Below, piece by piece: positions 39,216-49,160 of a DNA stretch of 64,000 nucleotides. Where the stretch lies: NCBI GenBank assembly GCA_943788985.1, contig CALSSJ010000013.1, positions 40,784-104,783 on the forward strand, read 5' to 3'. Each line of letters begins with the position of its first letter. Positions within the stretch are counted from its first letter, which is position 1. This DNA comes from an uncultured Lentisphaerales bacterium. Its GTDB lineage: Bacteria; Verrucomicrobiota; Lentisphaeria; JABSQK01; UBA12247. The notes under the pieces were generated by a model. That model had not been told where the DNA came from. It did no database searches and saw only the letters and a list, made by a program, of their open reading frames with translations. A program made the position numbers and the translations under genes.

Positions 39216-41675
39216 TCAGAGCTCGCCAGCGTAGCGCTCTTCGAGACTCCCACGAACGTTCACCTGTAGATCCTGAATCTTCCATGCATTGGCCCGTTCC
39301 ACATCCCGTGGATCGGCCTTAAGCTTCTGAGTCGCAGACAGCACTAGCTTCAGGCAGCCGTCACTCGCAGCCCCCCAAGCTCCGCCAAGATTACTAAACA
39401 CGTGCTTGTTACCACCTCGGCTCGTCGCTTGCAGACGTTTGCCATCCGCGACATCAGGCTCAGCCAGTGCAAGCTCCCAGCGAATATTCGCCCCTCGGTT
39501 TGTGGTTGCCAGCGTCACCACCACCTCGTCCACGGACAAGTGGCAAAGAAGCGGCGGTAACCAAACCTGGAAAACTCCCTCCAGAACGTCGGCGGTCTGT
39601 ACTACCTTCGCCCACCCCTGCGGGCCTCGCAGCAGTCTCGAGCGAAACCCCAAAGGCTCGACGCGCACGAACGCCCCGGGGACGTAAATTTCCCCCGCCG
39701 AAGCGGCGAGCGTGGTCGGCAATAGGCGCAACTGCCTGCCCCCTGCTGAGAATCCCGCGTACACAGAATCCGATGACGTCAGTGGCCGTTCTATTGCCAG
39801 AACTGTCGTCGCCCACGCCTCTGAACATCCCTGAAACAAAGCCCCATCCGCGCTGCCCTTTGCGAACTCCGCAAGCCCCAAGCTGCCGTCAGCAGTCTGC
39901 TCCACGCCCATCGCTCTCGCAGGCGCGATTAAACCCAGTTTTGCGGACTCCGCAACCCCCTCCGGAATTGCGCGTAGGCTGGGAATCGCAGGCCCAAACT
40001 GTACGGTGCCTCTCCCGGGCCCCACCGCCTGCGTGCCGCCGCCCAGGCGGGCCAGTCGCTTCGCTGCCCGAGGCCGCAGTTCGGTCTCTCGCAGCCGCAG
40101 TCGTCCGGCGTCGAATGTGAGAAGCAAAGGATCTCTCAGCCCGATTCCCGTACCTGCCTCGTGTGCTCGAGTTGCCCCAGGTTCTTCTCTCTTCTCCTTG
40201 GCATCCTTCTTGCGCTTCCTCGGTTGCATATTCCGGTTTTTCTTCAGGCGCGTGCTGCGGTCCAGCGGCACCAGAGGACGAAGGCGTTCATCGCAGTTGG
40301 CCGCGCTAATATCTACCGAGGTTGCTTTTTGTACGTAAAGCGAGACGAACGACTCTGTGCACAGCTCCTCAGTCCCGACGTTGCGCAGCTCGATCATGCT
40401 TTGCATGCGACGATCCTGGGCCGCCCCTCGGTTCGCCTCGTCAAAGATCAGCGCCGTCGCTGCTCCCCCCAGTACCACTGCCGACCCCCAGGCCACCGTG
40501 CGACGGCTGGTGATCTTGCCTGCCACCAGAAGCAGCAACAGCGCAACCGCGTAGGCAGCAATCAGCTTGGCAATCGAGTTCGTCGAAGGAATCGCCACAC
40601 CGGTCATGGCGTCCAACGCCTTGTCGAATTTTGGGGCTGGCGCCGACGATAGTGCCGTAGTCTGCCCACCAAACGCCAGTAGATGTCGCCACAGCAGCGT
40701 ATGCGTCCCTGAGTCATTGAGTTCATCGGAACTTGTGTTGATGGCGATTAGCCCAACCACGCCGAGCCCATACCGCTTCCAGCTCACCAGCGGGAAATCC
40801 CCGGCGTACAAACTCACATACGCGTCTTCGTCAATCGCGCACTGCGCAAATGGCATCCCTAACGGCCATTCCACCGTCTTGCCTCCCAGATCCGCAAAGC
40901 TCAACGCCTCCACCTCTGTTAACCGAATGGGCGTAACCGGCAAGAGATCCGCCAGCGGGCTATCCAGCGCCTCAACGGCAGTCACTGGATCCGCAAAAAT
41001 AACACAGCCACCGCGGGCCACGTACCCGCGAATCGCCTCAATACTGCGCTGGTTCATCTTTTGAAAGTCCGGGGCTAGAAGCACCAGCGCAAAGGCGGAG
41101 TCATAGCCACTCCAATGCACTGGTATCTTGTGTGACTGAACCGCCACAGTCTTTACCTCTCCCCGCTGCCCTTTGGTCAGAGAGCGGAAGCTCATATCCA
41201 AGTCGTCACGCAAGATCCAAATCAGCCGCGTCTCCGCGGGCATCGTCTGGGCAATAATCTCGTCCGCGCCAGCCAGACTGCTACGTACCATCTGTCCGTT
41301 CTGGTAGCACGCCGTGCGGTAGCGGCTGTCCACCGATGCAGTGACTGGAAGCCAAGAATTCAGTCGATGCTGCGGCGGAACCGTAATGGTTTGCTGAAAC
41401 GTCCCCGCGTAGTTCCGCGACGCCGGGGTCAAGTTCACATCGAACGTGACCATCTCATCGGACTTATTCTGGGCAGAACAAAGCCAATCGGCCCATGAGT
41501 TCGCCTTCAGGCGGGGAATCGACTGGCCAAGCTGTATCGCGGTCGCTCTCAGCAGTTCAGCCCTTTCACTGACGATCTTGCCTTGCTGCGGTAAGTCATC
41601 TCTGGCCGCAGACGACAACGGTAGAAGCGCAAGCAACAACAGACAGCAAACCAGCGGCAAGACTGCCGACGTCAT
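39216..41675 (-). CDS. Large exported/membrane hypothetical protein with GATase-like domain
   Basis: Signal peptide; PVHWSGYDS, YVARGG, LLPV, YGLGVV; two central TM helices. Confidence 0.65.
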   Translation of the reverse strand: MTSAVLPLVCCLLLLALLPLSSAARDDLPQQGKIVSERAELLRATAIQLGQSIPRLKANSWADWLCSAQNKSDEMVTFDVNLTPASRNYAGTFQQTITVPPQHRLNSWLPVTASVDSRYRTACYQNGQMVRSSLAGADEIIAQTMPAETRLIWILRDDLDMSFRSLTKGQRGEVKTVAVQSHKIPVHWSGYDSAFALVLLAPDFQKMNQRSIEAIRGYVARGGCVIFADPVTAVEALDSPLADLLPVTPIRLTEVEALSFADLGGKTVEWPLGMPFAQCAIDEDAYVSLYAGDFPLVSWKRYGLGVVGLIAINTSSDELNDSGTHTLLWRHLLAFGGQTTALSSAPAPKFDKALDAMTGVAIPSTNSIAKLIAAYAVALLLLLVAGKITSRRTVAWGSAVVLGGAATALIFDEANRGAAQDRRMQSMIELRNVGTEELCTESFVSLYVQKATSVDISAANCDERLRPLVPLDRSTRLKKNRNMQPRKRKKDAKEKREEPGATRAHEAGTGIGLRDPLLLTFDAGRLRLRETELRPRAAKRLARLGGGTQAVGPGRGTVQFGPAIPSLRAIPEGVAESAKLGLIAPARAMGVEQTADGSLGLAEFAKGSADGALFQGCSEAWATTVLAIERPLTSSDSVYAGFSAGGRQLRLLPTTLAASAGEIYVPGAFVRVEPLGFRSRLLRGPQGWAKVVQTADVLEGVFQVWLPPLLCHLSVDEVVVTLATTNRGANIRWELALAEPDVADGKRLQATSRGGNKHVFSNLGGAWGAASDGCLKLVLSATQKLKADPRDVERANAWKIQDLQVNVRGSLEERYAGEL

Positions 41676-42085
41676 GCCGCTTTGATACTCGCTCAATTGA
41701 TGGTCGCTACGCATGCTTTCGCATTCCCAGGCAGATGAATGTCACAAGTCCATGCGAGCAATTTTCCTCTATGGCAAAGCAGCGCCACGCACGACGCTAG
41801 GACAGTAGCAGTACGCGCACGCTCGTCTACGGGCTATCAGCGGGTCCCTCCCCTGCCTGCTACAGTAAACCCTTGACTATTGCCAGCAGCCATCAATCAT
41901 CGAGCGTTCCGTTCTCACATCTGGACTTGGGTGCGAACTACGCAACCACGCTGGCGCTGTCACAACAATCTGGAATGGCAGTGGTGGCACGGACACCTTG
42001 GAAGACAGCATGGGGACCGATACAATTATCGTAACTGGCTTAGGCTGAAGCACGGTCGGCAGCTTTTCCTTCACCGGCGTTGAAC

Positions 42086-42296
42086 CGATCAAATGCTGGC
42101 TTAAACTCGTAAATCCTTGAAGGTCGACGGCCAAGTCGTGCTCGTCGAGTTTCGCACCGAAGACCCCGAGGTGCCGATCAAACCCGATCACAAGATGTCC
42201 AGCGACCAAGTGCTCAAGTCAAACAGCTTTGAACTCGCTCGCTCGTTCGACAAACTCCTCTGGCAACACATGATGTTTTTCACGAAAACGAAATAG
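42086..42296 (+). pseudogene. C-terminal remnant of a SAM-dependent methyltransferase
   Basis: LKVDGQVVLVEFRTEDPEVPIKPDHKMS...WQHMMFF with an in-frame stop upstream. Confidence 0.6.
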
Positions 42297-42427
42297 GGGT
42301 CACCGCGTTTCAATTTGGGACCGCCGTTGTCTCTGCGAAAAGACCCGTCAATTTTATCGACATCACTGATTGCATTTTTGGTGTTATCGCGTGGCGTCCT
42401 CCTGTTAACCGGAGATTAATAAAGGAA

Positions 42428-43450
42428 ATGGCACAGTGGCTTGAGCGTGGCAGACGCAAGCCACTGGTGCTTCGGGGCGCCAGCCAGGTGGGAAAAACCT
42501 GGCCCGTTCGCGAACTGGCTCGACGTGCGGGCTTAGAATTGGTTGAACTGAATTTCGAAGAGCAACTGGTGTCGTTCCTATCGACAGCAACCACGGAACA
42601 ACCGTCGGTCCCTGTGCATGACAAACTCATGCGATTGTATCGGGAGTATACCGTTGTCGGTGGCATGCCAGATGCGGTCATGGAGTGGCTTGATACGCAC
42701 TCGGCCGTGGCCGTGGCCGTGGCCGACGTCCACCAAAACTTGATTCGGACCTATCGCGAGGACTTTAACAAATACCCCTCGCGATTGGAATTTGGAGCGA
42801 TCGAGAAGGTCATGGCAGCAGTGCCGCAACTGCTTGGGCAGAAGTTCAAGTACAGCAACGTCGATCGCGAGTCGAGAGTTGAGCCCCTACGGCGAAGCCT
42901 TGAACTGCTGACAACAGCACGTGTGTGCCACACCATTCGACACACGAGCGGCAACGGCATTCCATTGGCCGCAGAAGAAAGCCAGCGAATCTTCAAGACC
43001 ATCTTGCTCGGTGTCGTTCTCGTATCATCCATGCAGGGGATTGTGTTGGAAAACGATGCAGAGATTGCTCGGCTCATTCGTGCGAAAGCCGGTGGGATTG
43101 CTGAATAGGCCGGAGGGCAGATGCTGCGCGCTGCAGTCGAATCCTTCGTTGATCCAGCCGTGTATTACAATCGCCGCGAGAAAAAGGGATCCGAGGCCGA
43201 GTTAGGCTATTTCCTGGCACATGGCTCGCGCGTCGTTCCGCTCGAGGTAACGGCAGGTGCGACCGGCAGCCTGAAGGCATTGCACCATTTCATGCATCGT
43301 CGACAATTGCTACTGGCGGTACGAATCAACGCCGATCCCATTTCTGCTACCCCCCGTCGAGATGCGCCTCAATGGCGGCGATATGGCTCGGTATACGCTG
43401 CTCTCAATTCCATTCTATCTCACCGGGCAAGTCAGGCACCTGCTGCCTGA
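42428..43450 (+). pseudogene. AAA_14/DUF4143 ATPase pseudogene
   Basis: RKPLVLRGASQVGKT, VGGMP, PLEV..G..GSLKALH; large internal deletion after ELNFE; in-frame TAG at 43106. Confidence 0.85.
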
Positions 43451-43492
43451 GCTCTAACGCGACCTTGACCCGGCCGAATTTTCTCCAAGAGC

Positions 43493-46400
43493 CTACTGAT
43501 ACACGAACCAGGCTGTAGCAGTCACGTCTTTGTCGGCGGTCACGCGTACCCAATGGGCCGCGTAGCCTTCTGGGAATTTGTGGGTCAGCGTTCTGCCAGC
43601 TTCGACCTGAAAGGTCTGGTACGTGTGGAAACCAGTCCAATGGTCGATGTCCACCGCAACGGTAATGGCACAGTCCTGATTCGCACTCAGTTCCAGGGTC
43701 TTCTGGTCGTACCCGGTCATCAGATAAGGATCGGAAGGAACGCCAGCCGTGACCGCGGTATCCTTCCAGGGTCCGCCGACGCCGACTGGCTTACCCAACT
43801 TCCACAGATCGTCGATGCCTCCCAACCAAAGGGATGTGCCGCCGTCTGCAGATTTGTAGACATGGTTGGACTCTTGCGCATCCGCCTTTAGCCCTGCCAG
43901 AACCAGCAGGCCATTCCAGGTAGTGAAGTCGCTGATCTGTTTGTTGTGCGAGCAGACAGGGCGCATCTTGGTGTACAGAGCGGGCTGCCCCACGATCCAG
44001 AATGGAACTTCGTAGAATGTGCCGTGAATGTTGGCCATCATCCGCTCGGACTCGATTTCCCGGTGCATACGCGGATGCCCAAACTCGAACGGCCGATCGT
44101 AGCGATCTGACCCTTTGGGCAGGCGCAGCACGGTGCGATTGCCCTTCTTGCCGACAATGGCCCGGTTTTCGTGGCTGATCAGGATCACAGAGGCGTCGTC
44201 CACCTCGAACTCTGGCCGAACCGTCAGCTTCTTCTTCAGGCCTGCGTCAGCGTGAGTTGCCTGAAAGTCGAAGCCAAACTTGGTAAAGTCATACCACGAA
44301 TCGCCATTGATCACACGCAGGTGGCGATTGCGTTTCGCAGGGAACAGCAGAGCACTGGTCACCGTTTGATCGTCGAGCTCGGCGACAGCCTGAAATAGCT
44401 CGGCACCGGCAGCAGCATTTTGGTAGGTGTCGTCCGTAAGGTGGAACGAGACGGTAGCGTTGCAATCCCGGTTTGCCGTGACCCGAATCCACTGCGCAGC
44501 GAAATCCTCGGGTAATAGGTGCGCGCGGTAGCCATCGACCTCGAAGGTTTTGTAGTCGCTGAAGCTCCCGTCCCCGTTCTTGTCAATCTGCAGCGTGTAG
44601 CTGACGGGCCGGTCGGCCGCCAGGTGAACGACGCAACGCGGAAAGCCATTCATCAGAAATGGAGCGGATGCAACTCCAGCTCCGATCGGGTCATTCATGT
44701 AGATGGAACCAGCGCCGTTACGCGGTCCCCACTGCTTCAGGTCCTCGAACTTGCCGAACCACAGATTTGACTGGGGCTGCCCGACCAGCGGATTGCCCTG
44801 AATGCTGGCTTCGTCCGTTGCCAGTACCAGTTGTCCGTTCCAAGAGCAGAAGTCGGGGATGTAGCGGATGTGGCTGGCAATCGGCTCGATTCCAGCGCAG
44901 TTGCCTGCGGTGAAGCGTTTCGGGAATGCAAAAAACAGACCGTGCATATCCATCATCAGGGCATCTTGGCCGATGTCACGGATGCGCGGCCACTCGGTGA
45001 ACCAGCCGTGCTCTGCATCGTTATTGAGGCAGCCTTTGGGCAGCAGAAAGGTGGTAAAGGCCCCATCCTCCATGACCTGCAAGCGCAGGGAACGCTTATC
45101 CCAGCCGATGGCCCAGACTGGATCGTTCTTGCCCTCGGCAGTCGGTGCCACCCCCTGCGGCCCGGTGACCTCCGTATACTGCCGCCGTTCGATCACCTCC
45201 CAAGTTGAACCGTCGAAGGTGGCCAGGCAACCGCGGTCCTCCGGACCTTTCTTCTTGTACGAAGCGGGCACCTGCCAGAGCCCCCGGTGATCCAGCTTCC
45301 CGCCGGTTTCCCCGTTGTTGCTAACCACGACTTTGCCTTGGGCCGTGAAGCCGCCTTTTCCATGATAGCCGGGGATTGGGTCTTCGAAGAGGCGCGTGAA
45401 TTCAAGGCTGTGCACATTCACCTCATAGAACATATTCTCCATATCATAGAGATAGACGTAGTTGGCTGGATCGACCAGGTGCCGCATGATCGCAGTTACT
45501 CGTGCTGGCATCTTTTTCGGATCAATGACCCGAATCTTCCCCTGCTTATCAATCGCATAATGCGCGATAAAGAGTTGCTCGGATTCCTCGTGGATCATCC
45601 GGGCGGCAGGCGTCCCACCCACGCTCTCTGCGTGAATGGTCATGGTCAACTCGGCATCGATCGAGTAAAGCTTGTGGTCTGATCCCAGCGGTTGATGCGG
45701 CGCGTAGGTAATCATCCACAGCTTGTCCGCCCACGGTATGATTCCGCCGATCCCGCACTCTTGGTGAGCCTTCTTGAAGAAACGCCCGTCTTTACGGCTT
45801 TGGGAATAGGTCGTGAAATGCGGATAGACGCCGCTGATCAAGCGAGTACCGCTCGCGGAGACCATCTGAGCTTCATTCTTCACCGGGGCAAACCTAACTT
45901 CGCTGCCCCCTCGGCCCAGCGAAGATTCGTAGGTTTCATGATTCGGACGTTCCGGCATTGCAGCGGGCGGCTCAGGGACCAGAGCCGCATCCTCACTGAC
46001 GCCGGTTCCGAGCCTCGGCAATTCAGTGCCTGCAGGCCATACCACCAACTCACGAACGCGGATCTGATCTGCTGACGACACCAGACGCAGGGCATCGGTG
46101 GTGACCACCTCGCCAAACGCGATGGCCAGGCGCATCTGCGTGTTGTCTGAAACCGCGCCCCCGGGCACTTTTTGCCAGGCTCCGGCTTTGCGATACTCGA
46201 GTTCGAGTGCTGAGATCGCCTGGCCCGCCCGCCATCCTGAGTAGAGGTGCACGCCGGCAATGCCTACGGGCTTGCCAAACTCCGCGATCAGCCAATGCGG
46301 CTGGTCACTCTTGGCACTCACCCACCGGGACCTATCACTGACCTGCCCGTCGACCGCGTTCCCGGCCGTGTAGCCCGCCAGCACCGACGATGCTGCCACC

Positions 46401-46510
46401 GATTTCACGAACACGGCCTCCACCGGCGTGCTACAAACGCTGACCGCCTGAAGTGCCAGGCACAGGGCTGCAGCCGAAGCCGCAAAAGATGGAAAAAGGC
46501 GGGGATTCAT
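43493..46510 (-). CDS. Secreted protein: discoidin (F5/8-like) domain plus uncharacterised propeller-like body with internal duplication
   Basis: Signal peptide; AGNAVDG..SRWVS..WL; ECGIGGIIPWADKLW, PGYHGKG; two homologous halves. Confidence 0.8.
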   Translation of the reverse strand: MNPRLFPSFAASAAALCLALQAVSVCSTPVEAVFVKSVAASSVLAGYTAGNAVDGQVSDRSRWVSAKSDQPHWLIAEFGKPVGIAGVHLYSGWRAGQAISALELEYRKAGAWQKVPGGAVSDNTQMRLAIAFGEVVTTDALRLVSSADQIRVRELVVWPAGTELPRLGTGVSEDAALVPEPPAAMPERPNHETYESSLGRGGSEVRFAPVKNEAQMVSASGTRLISGVYPHFTTYSQSRKDGRFFKKAHQECGIGGIIPWADKLWMITYAPHQPLGSDHKLYSIDAELTMTIHAESVGGTPAARMIHEESEQLFIAHYAIDKQGKIRVIDPKKMPARVTAIMRHLVDPANYVYLYDMENMFYEVNVHSLEFTRLFEDPIPGYHGKGGFTAQGKVVVSNNGETGGKLDHRGLWQVPASYKKKGPEDRGCLATFDGSTWEVIERRQYTEVTGPQGVAPTAEGKNDPVWAIGWDKRSLRLQVMEDGAFTTFLLPKGCLNNDAEHGWFTEWPRIRDIGQDALMMDMHGLFFAFPKRFTAGNCAGIEPIASHIRYIPDFCSWNGQLVLATDEASIQGNPLVGQPQSNLWFGKFEDLKQWGPRNGAGSIYMNDPIGAGVASAPFLMNGFPRCVVHLAADRPVSYTLQIDKNGDGSFSDYKTFEVDGYRAHLLPEDFAAQWIRVTANRDCNATVSFHLTDDTYQNAAAGAELFQAVAELDDQTVTSALLFPAKRNRHLRVINGDSWYDFTKFGFDFQATHADAGLKKKLTVRPEFEVDDASVILISHENRAIVGKKGNRTVLRLPKGSDRYDRPFEFGHPRMHREIESERMMANIHGTFYEVPFWIVGQPALYTKMRPVCSHNKQISDFTTWNGLLVLAGLKADAQESNHVYKSADGGTSLWLGGIDDLWKLGKPVGVGGPWKDTAVTAGVPSDPYLMTGYDQKTLELSANQDCAITVAVDIDHWTGFHTYQTFQVEAGRTLTHKFPEGYAAHWVRVTADKDVTATAWFVYQ

Positions 46511-46740
46511 GAGACTCCCTTCTGGGTGCTTAACAGGGACCACACAGAAAACTACCGTCGCGAGCGTCCCAGTACAAACCGGCACACTTACTCGTTTCCC
46601 TCAATCTGCTTATAGATTTTCATCATAGGAACCGTCAAGGTGCGGCATCCGGAAAAAAGACGATTCAGGGCGAAAGATTATGGTGAGAGATTAAGGTGAA
46701 ACAATCTGGGACACTGCTTTTCGGCCCTAGCCCTCTCCGC

Positions 46741-47622
46741 CTACCCCGGCATCTTGTCGCGTATATACTCCCGCGGCGACTGCTCGGAGAGCTTCTTGAA
46801 CCACTTGGAAAAATGCGATAAGTAGGAAAATCCGAGTTCGATCGCAACTTCATTGGCCCGAACGTCGGGCATCCGCAGACGCCGGTAGGCATAGTCGATT
46901 CGACGGTTTTCAAAGTACTGCCTGGGTGTGGTCTGGAGGTCGTGATGGCAGAGCCGCGTGAGGTGCACCAAGCTCAGGCCGACTTGGCGGGCCAGCGCTT
47001 CCTGGTTCAGCGGCTCCCCCAGCGGATGGCTGTCGAGCAGATTCACGGCCTTCATCACGCGCTCGTCAATGTTCGTCCGGCCCCCCGGGGTGATGCCATG
47101 GGCGATCAGGATTTCTACCAGGATCAGAAACCAGTCGTTCAGACTGCGCTCGAGTTGCAGAAACTGGCGGTAGTCGACTGGATGCTTCCGGGCGTCCCAT
47201 TGGTCGTCTGGGACGTGGCTCATTATTCGCGCCATCGGCTTGGCCTTGCATTCCAGGGCCGGATGTTCATGGGCGTCGATCACTAAGGGCAGGCCTTTGT
47301 CCAGCCAGTGGGTCCCATCGGGCCAGGCTGCTTCGAAGGAGACCGACAGCAGATGGCTGTCGACGGCAAAGGACTGCGAGCGTTGCCCGGGCTTGACGAT
47401 TAACCATTGCCCGGGATTTGCCCGGAAGACCTGGTCGCCATAGGTCACCTGAGCCCAGCCGGAGCGGACCAGCCAGGCACCGTTATTCCCGTACTCGCTG
47501 CTGCGATGGACCGGGCCCTGCTCTCGGTCGCAGAAAATGGCATGATCATAGCACCAGAGCAAATGCGCCCGTAAGTTCAGCCAGTCGCGATACAGGATGT
47601 GCTTGGTCCTTGCCAGTGTCAT
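46741..47622 (-). CDS. AraC-family transcriptional regulator
   Basis: LARQVGLSLVHLTRL, TPRQY, EVAIELGFSYLSHFSKWFKK..SPREY. Confidence 0.93.
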   Translation of the reverse strand: MTLARTKHILYRDWLNLRAHLLWCYDHAIFCDREQGPVHRSSEYGNNGAWLVRSGWAQVTYGDQVFRANPGQWLIVKPGQRSQSFAVDSHLLSVSFEAAWPDGTHWLDKGLPLVIDAHEHPALECKAKPMARIMSHVPDDQWDARKHPVDYRQFLQLERSLNDWFLILVEILIAHGITPGGRTNIDERVMKAVNLLDSHPLGEPLNQEALARQVGLSLVHLTRLCHHDLQTTPRQYFENRRIDYAYRRLRMPDVRANEVAIELGFSYLSHFSKWFKKLSEQSPREYIRDKMPG

Positions 47623-47778
47623 GAGGCAGATTCCTGGTCTTCAGGGTTCGGGGCTGGACATGGATGAAAAAGTATAAGCTTTTGAGAAGAAGATGCAAAT
47701 GTAGCCGTTTGTCCCAGCCGGGTCATCAGAGTAGTTTTTACTGCATGATCTCAACGCAGCTTACTCTGGATACATCTC

Positions 47779-49137
47779 ATGAAGAAGTGCTTCTTCCAAA
47801 ATTCCGCCGCGGCGGTCGCCACACTTTGCCTGGTGTTCCACGCAACCATCCTATCGGCAGTCCCGGTGGCATTGAATTCAGAGAAGGAATCTTTTATTCG
47901 CCAAAGCCAGGCCACGACCAATCAGGGGCAAGCTCGCCTGCTCTTCGGTGGCCAAGGCACAAGCGCGCAGTTTCGAACGATGATGCAATTCTCGCTGGAT
48001 GACCTAGTGGCCGCCACTGGCGGCGGAAATGTGATCATCAATTCTGTCTCGCTGGATACCGGCGATTCTTTTGTAAAGTCTGGAACGTTTGGTGGAGACG
48101 CCACCTATGATGCCTACTCTTGGTCTGTCAATGACTTCGATGTCGCGGACAACACCTGGAACGATCCGCAGGGTAGTCTCGGCACAGACGGTCCTGGGGC
48201 GACCCTCGGGACCAAACTGGCAAGTGAGGTCTTTGGTGCCGGCACTCCTGAGGGTGATTTCGTCTTTCCCTCGGCAGCGCCCTTCATCGCCTTCGTCCAG
48301 GGAGCCTATGACAGCTACACAGCAGGCGACAAACTGAACCTGCTTCTGGTCATTGAGAACACCGCCCTAAACCACTTTGCGCGCACTGATTCTGGCGCCG
48401 TAACCGGCATTGGCACAGCTGCTCTCACCATTGACTTTTCTGTTGATGCCAGAGCCGTTCTCGTCACAGAAAATTTTCAAGACGCCTTGACCGGCACATC
48501 TGCCGAAACCTTTCACGCGGATGTCACTGCCGCCGGTGGATCTGCCAGCTGGGGAGCATCCAGCCGCTTCACAGCGAACGGTGTCGTCGACGGTGCGGTC
48601 GGAACTGGCGATCGCTGTGGCTATCTCAATCTCGGTTCCTACATCAATGATACGAAAGGACGGGGCGATGGTCTGTTTGAGCTGACGATGACGATCTCGG
48701 AGGTAGGCGGGAATGCCGCCGGAGACCTGATCGCGCTTGGGTTCTCGGCGAAAAGTACCGCACCTAATATCGGCGGTGACTTTGTCAATCAGACCGGGAT
48801 TGGCACCATTGCCTATCGTCAGAGTGGCGAACTCGACATGTGGGGCGGGAGCGGGGTCGCTAACGGAGTTGACGGGCCTAATGGCAACAGTGGGCCCCGG
48901 GTACTGACGGCGGCTCTGGATCTCACCCCAGCAGGCGGGTATGACGGGGCGACTAATTTTGGGACGGTCAGTTGGTCAGACGGTGCTCTAGGAGCACTTG
49001 GGACTCACACCTTTACCGCCGCTACGGACTTTAATTGGATCTTGCTTTCATCCAGGAGCGATGCGTCCGGTACGATCAGTAGCTTGTCCCTGAAGCAGCA
49101 AGCCTTTATCCCGGGCGCAATTATTCTTGTCAGGTAA
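47779..49137 (+). CDS. Secreted acidic beta-rich protein with short C-terminal PGAIILVR tail
   Basis: Signal peptide; DNRLRE-like N-terminal region (ESFIR..TTNQG..MMQFSL..INSVSL..NTWN); G/T/D-rich. Confidence 0.8.
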   Translation: MKKCFFQNSAAAVATLCLVFHATILSAVPVALNSEKESFIRQSQATTNQGQARLLFGGQGTSAQFRTMMQFSLDDLVAATGGGNVIINSVSLDTGDSFVKSGTFGGDATYDAYSWSVNDFDVADNTWNDPQGSLGTDGPGATLGTKLASEVFGAGTPEGDFVFPSAAPFIAFVQGAYDSYTAGDKLNLLLVIENTALNHFARTDSGAVTGIGTAALTIDFSVDARAVLVTENFQDALTGTSAETFHADVTAAGGSASWGASSRFTANGVVDGAVGTGDRCGYLNLGSYINDTKGRGDGLFELTMTISEVGGNAAGDLIALGFSAKSTAPNIGGDFVNQTGIGTIAYRQSGELDMWGGSGVANGVDGPNGNSGPRVLTAALDLTPAGGYDGATNFGTVSWSDGALGALGTHTFTAATDFNWILLSSRSDASGTISSLSLKQQAFIPGAIILVR

Positions 49138-49160
49138 CGCACTGTCACACGGAGGCGCTG

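Noticed and set aside
42703..42725. (GGCCGT)n microsatellite
   Set aside because: Under four units, inside a pseudogene; no evidence of function.
42428..43450. AAA/DUF4143 gene as an active defence system
   Set aside because: Internal deletion and stop codon; no partner genes.
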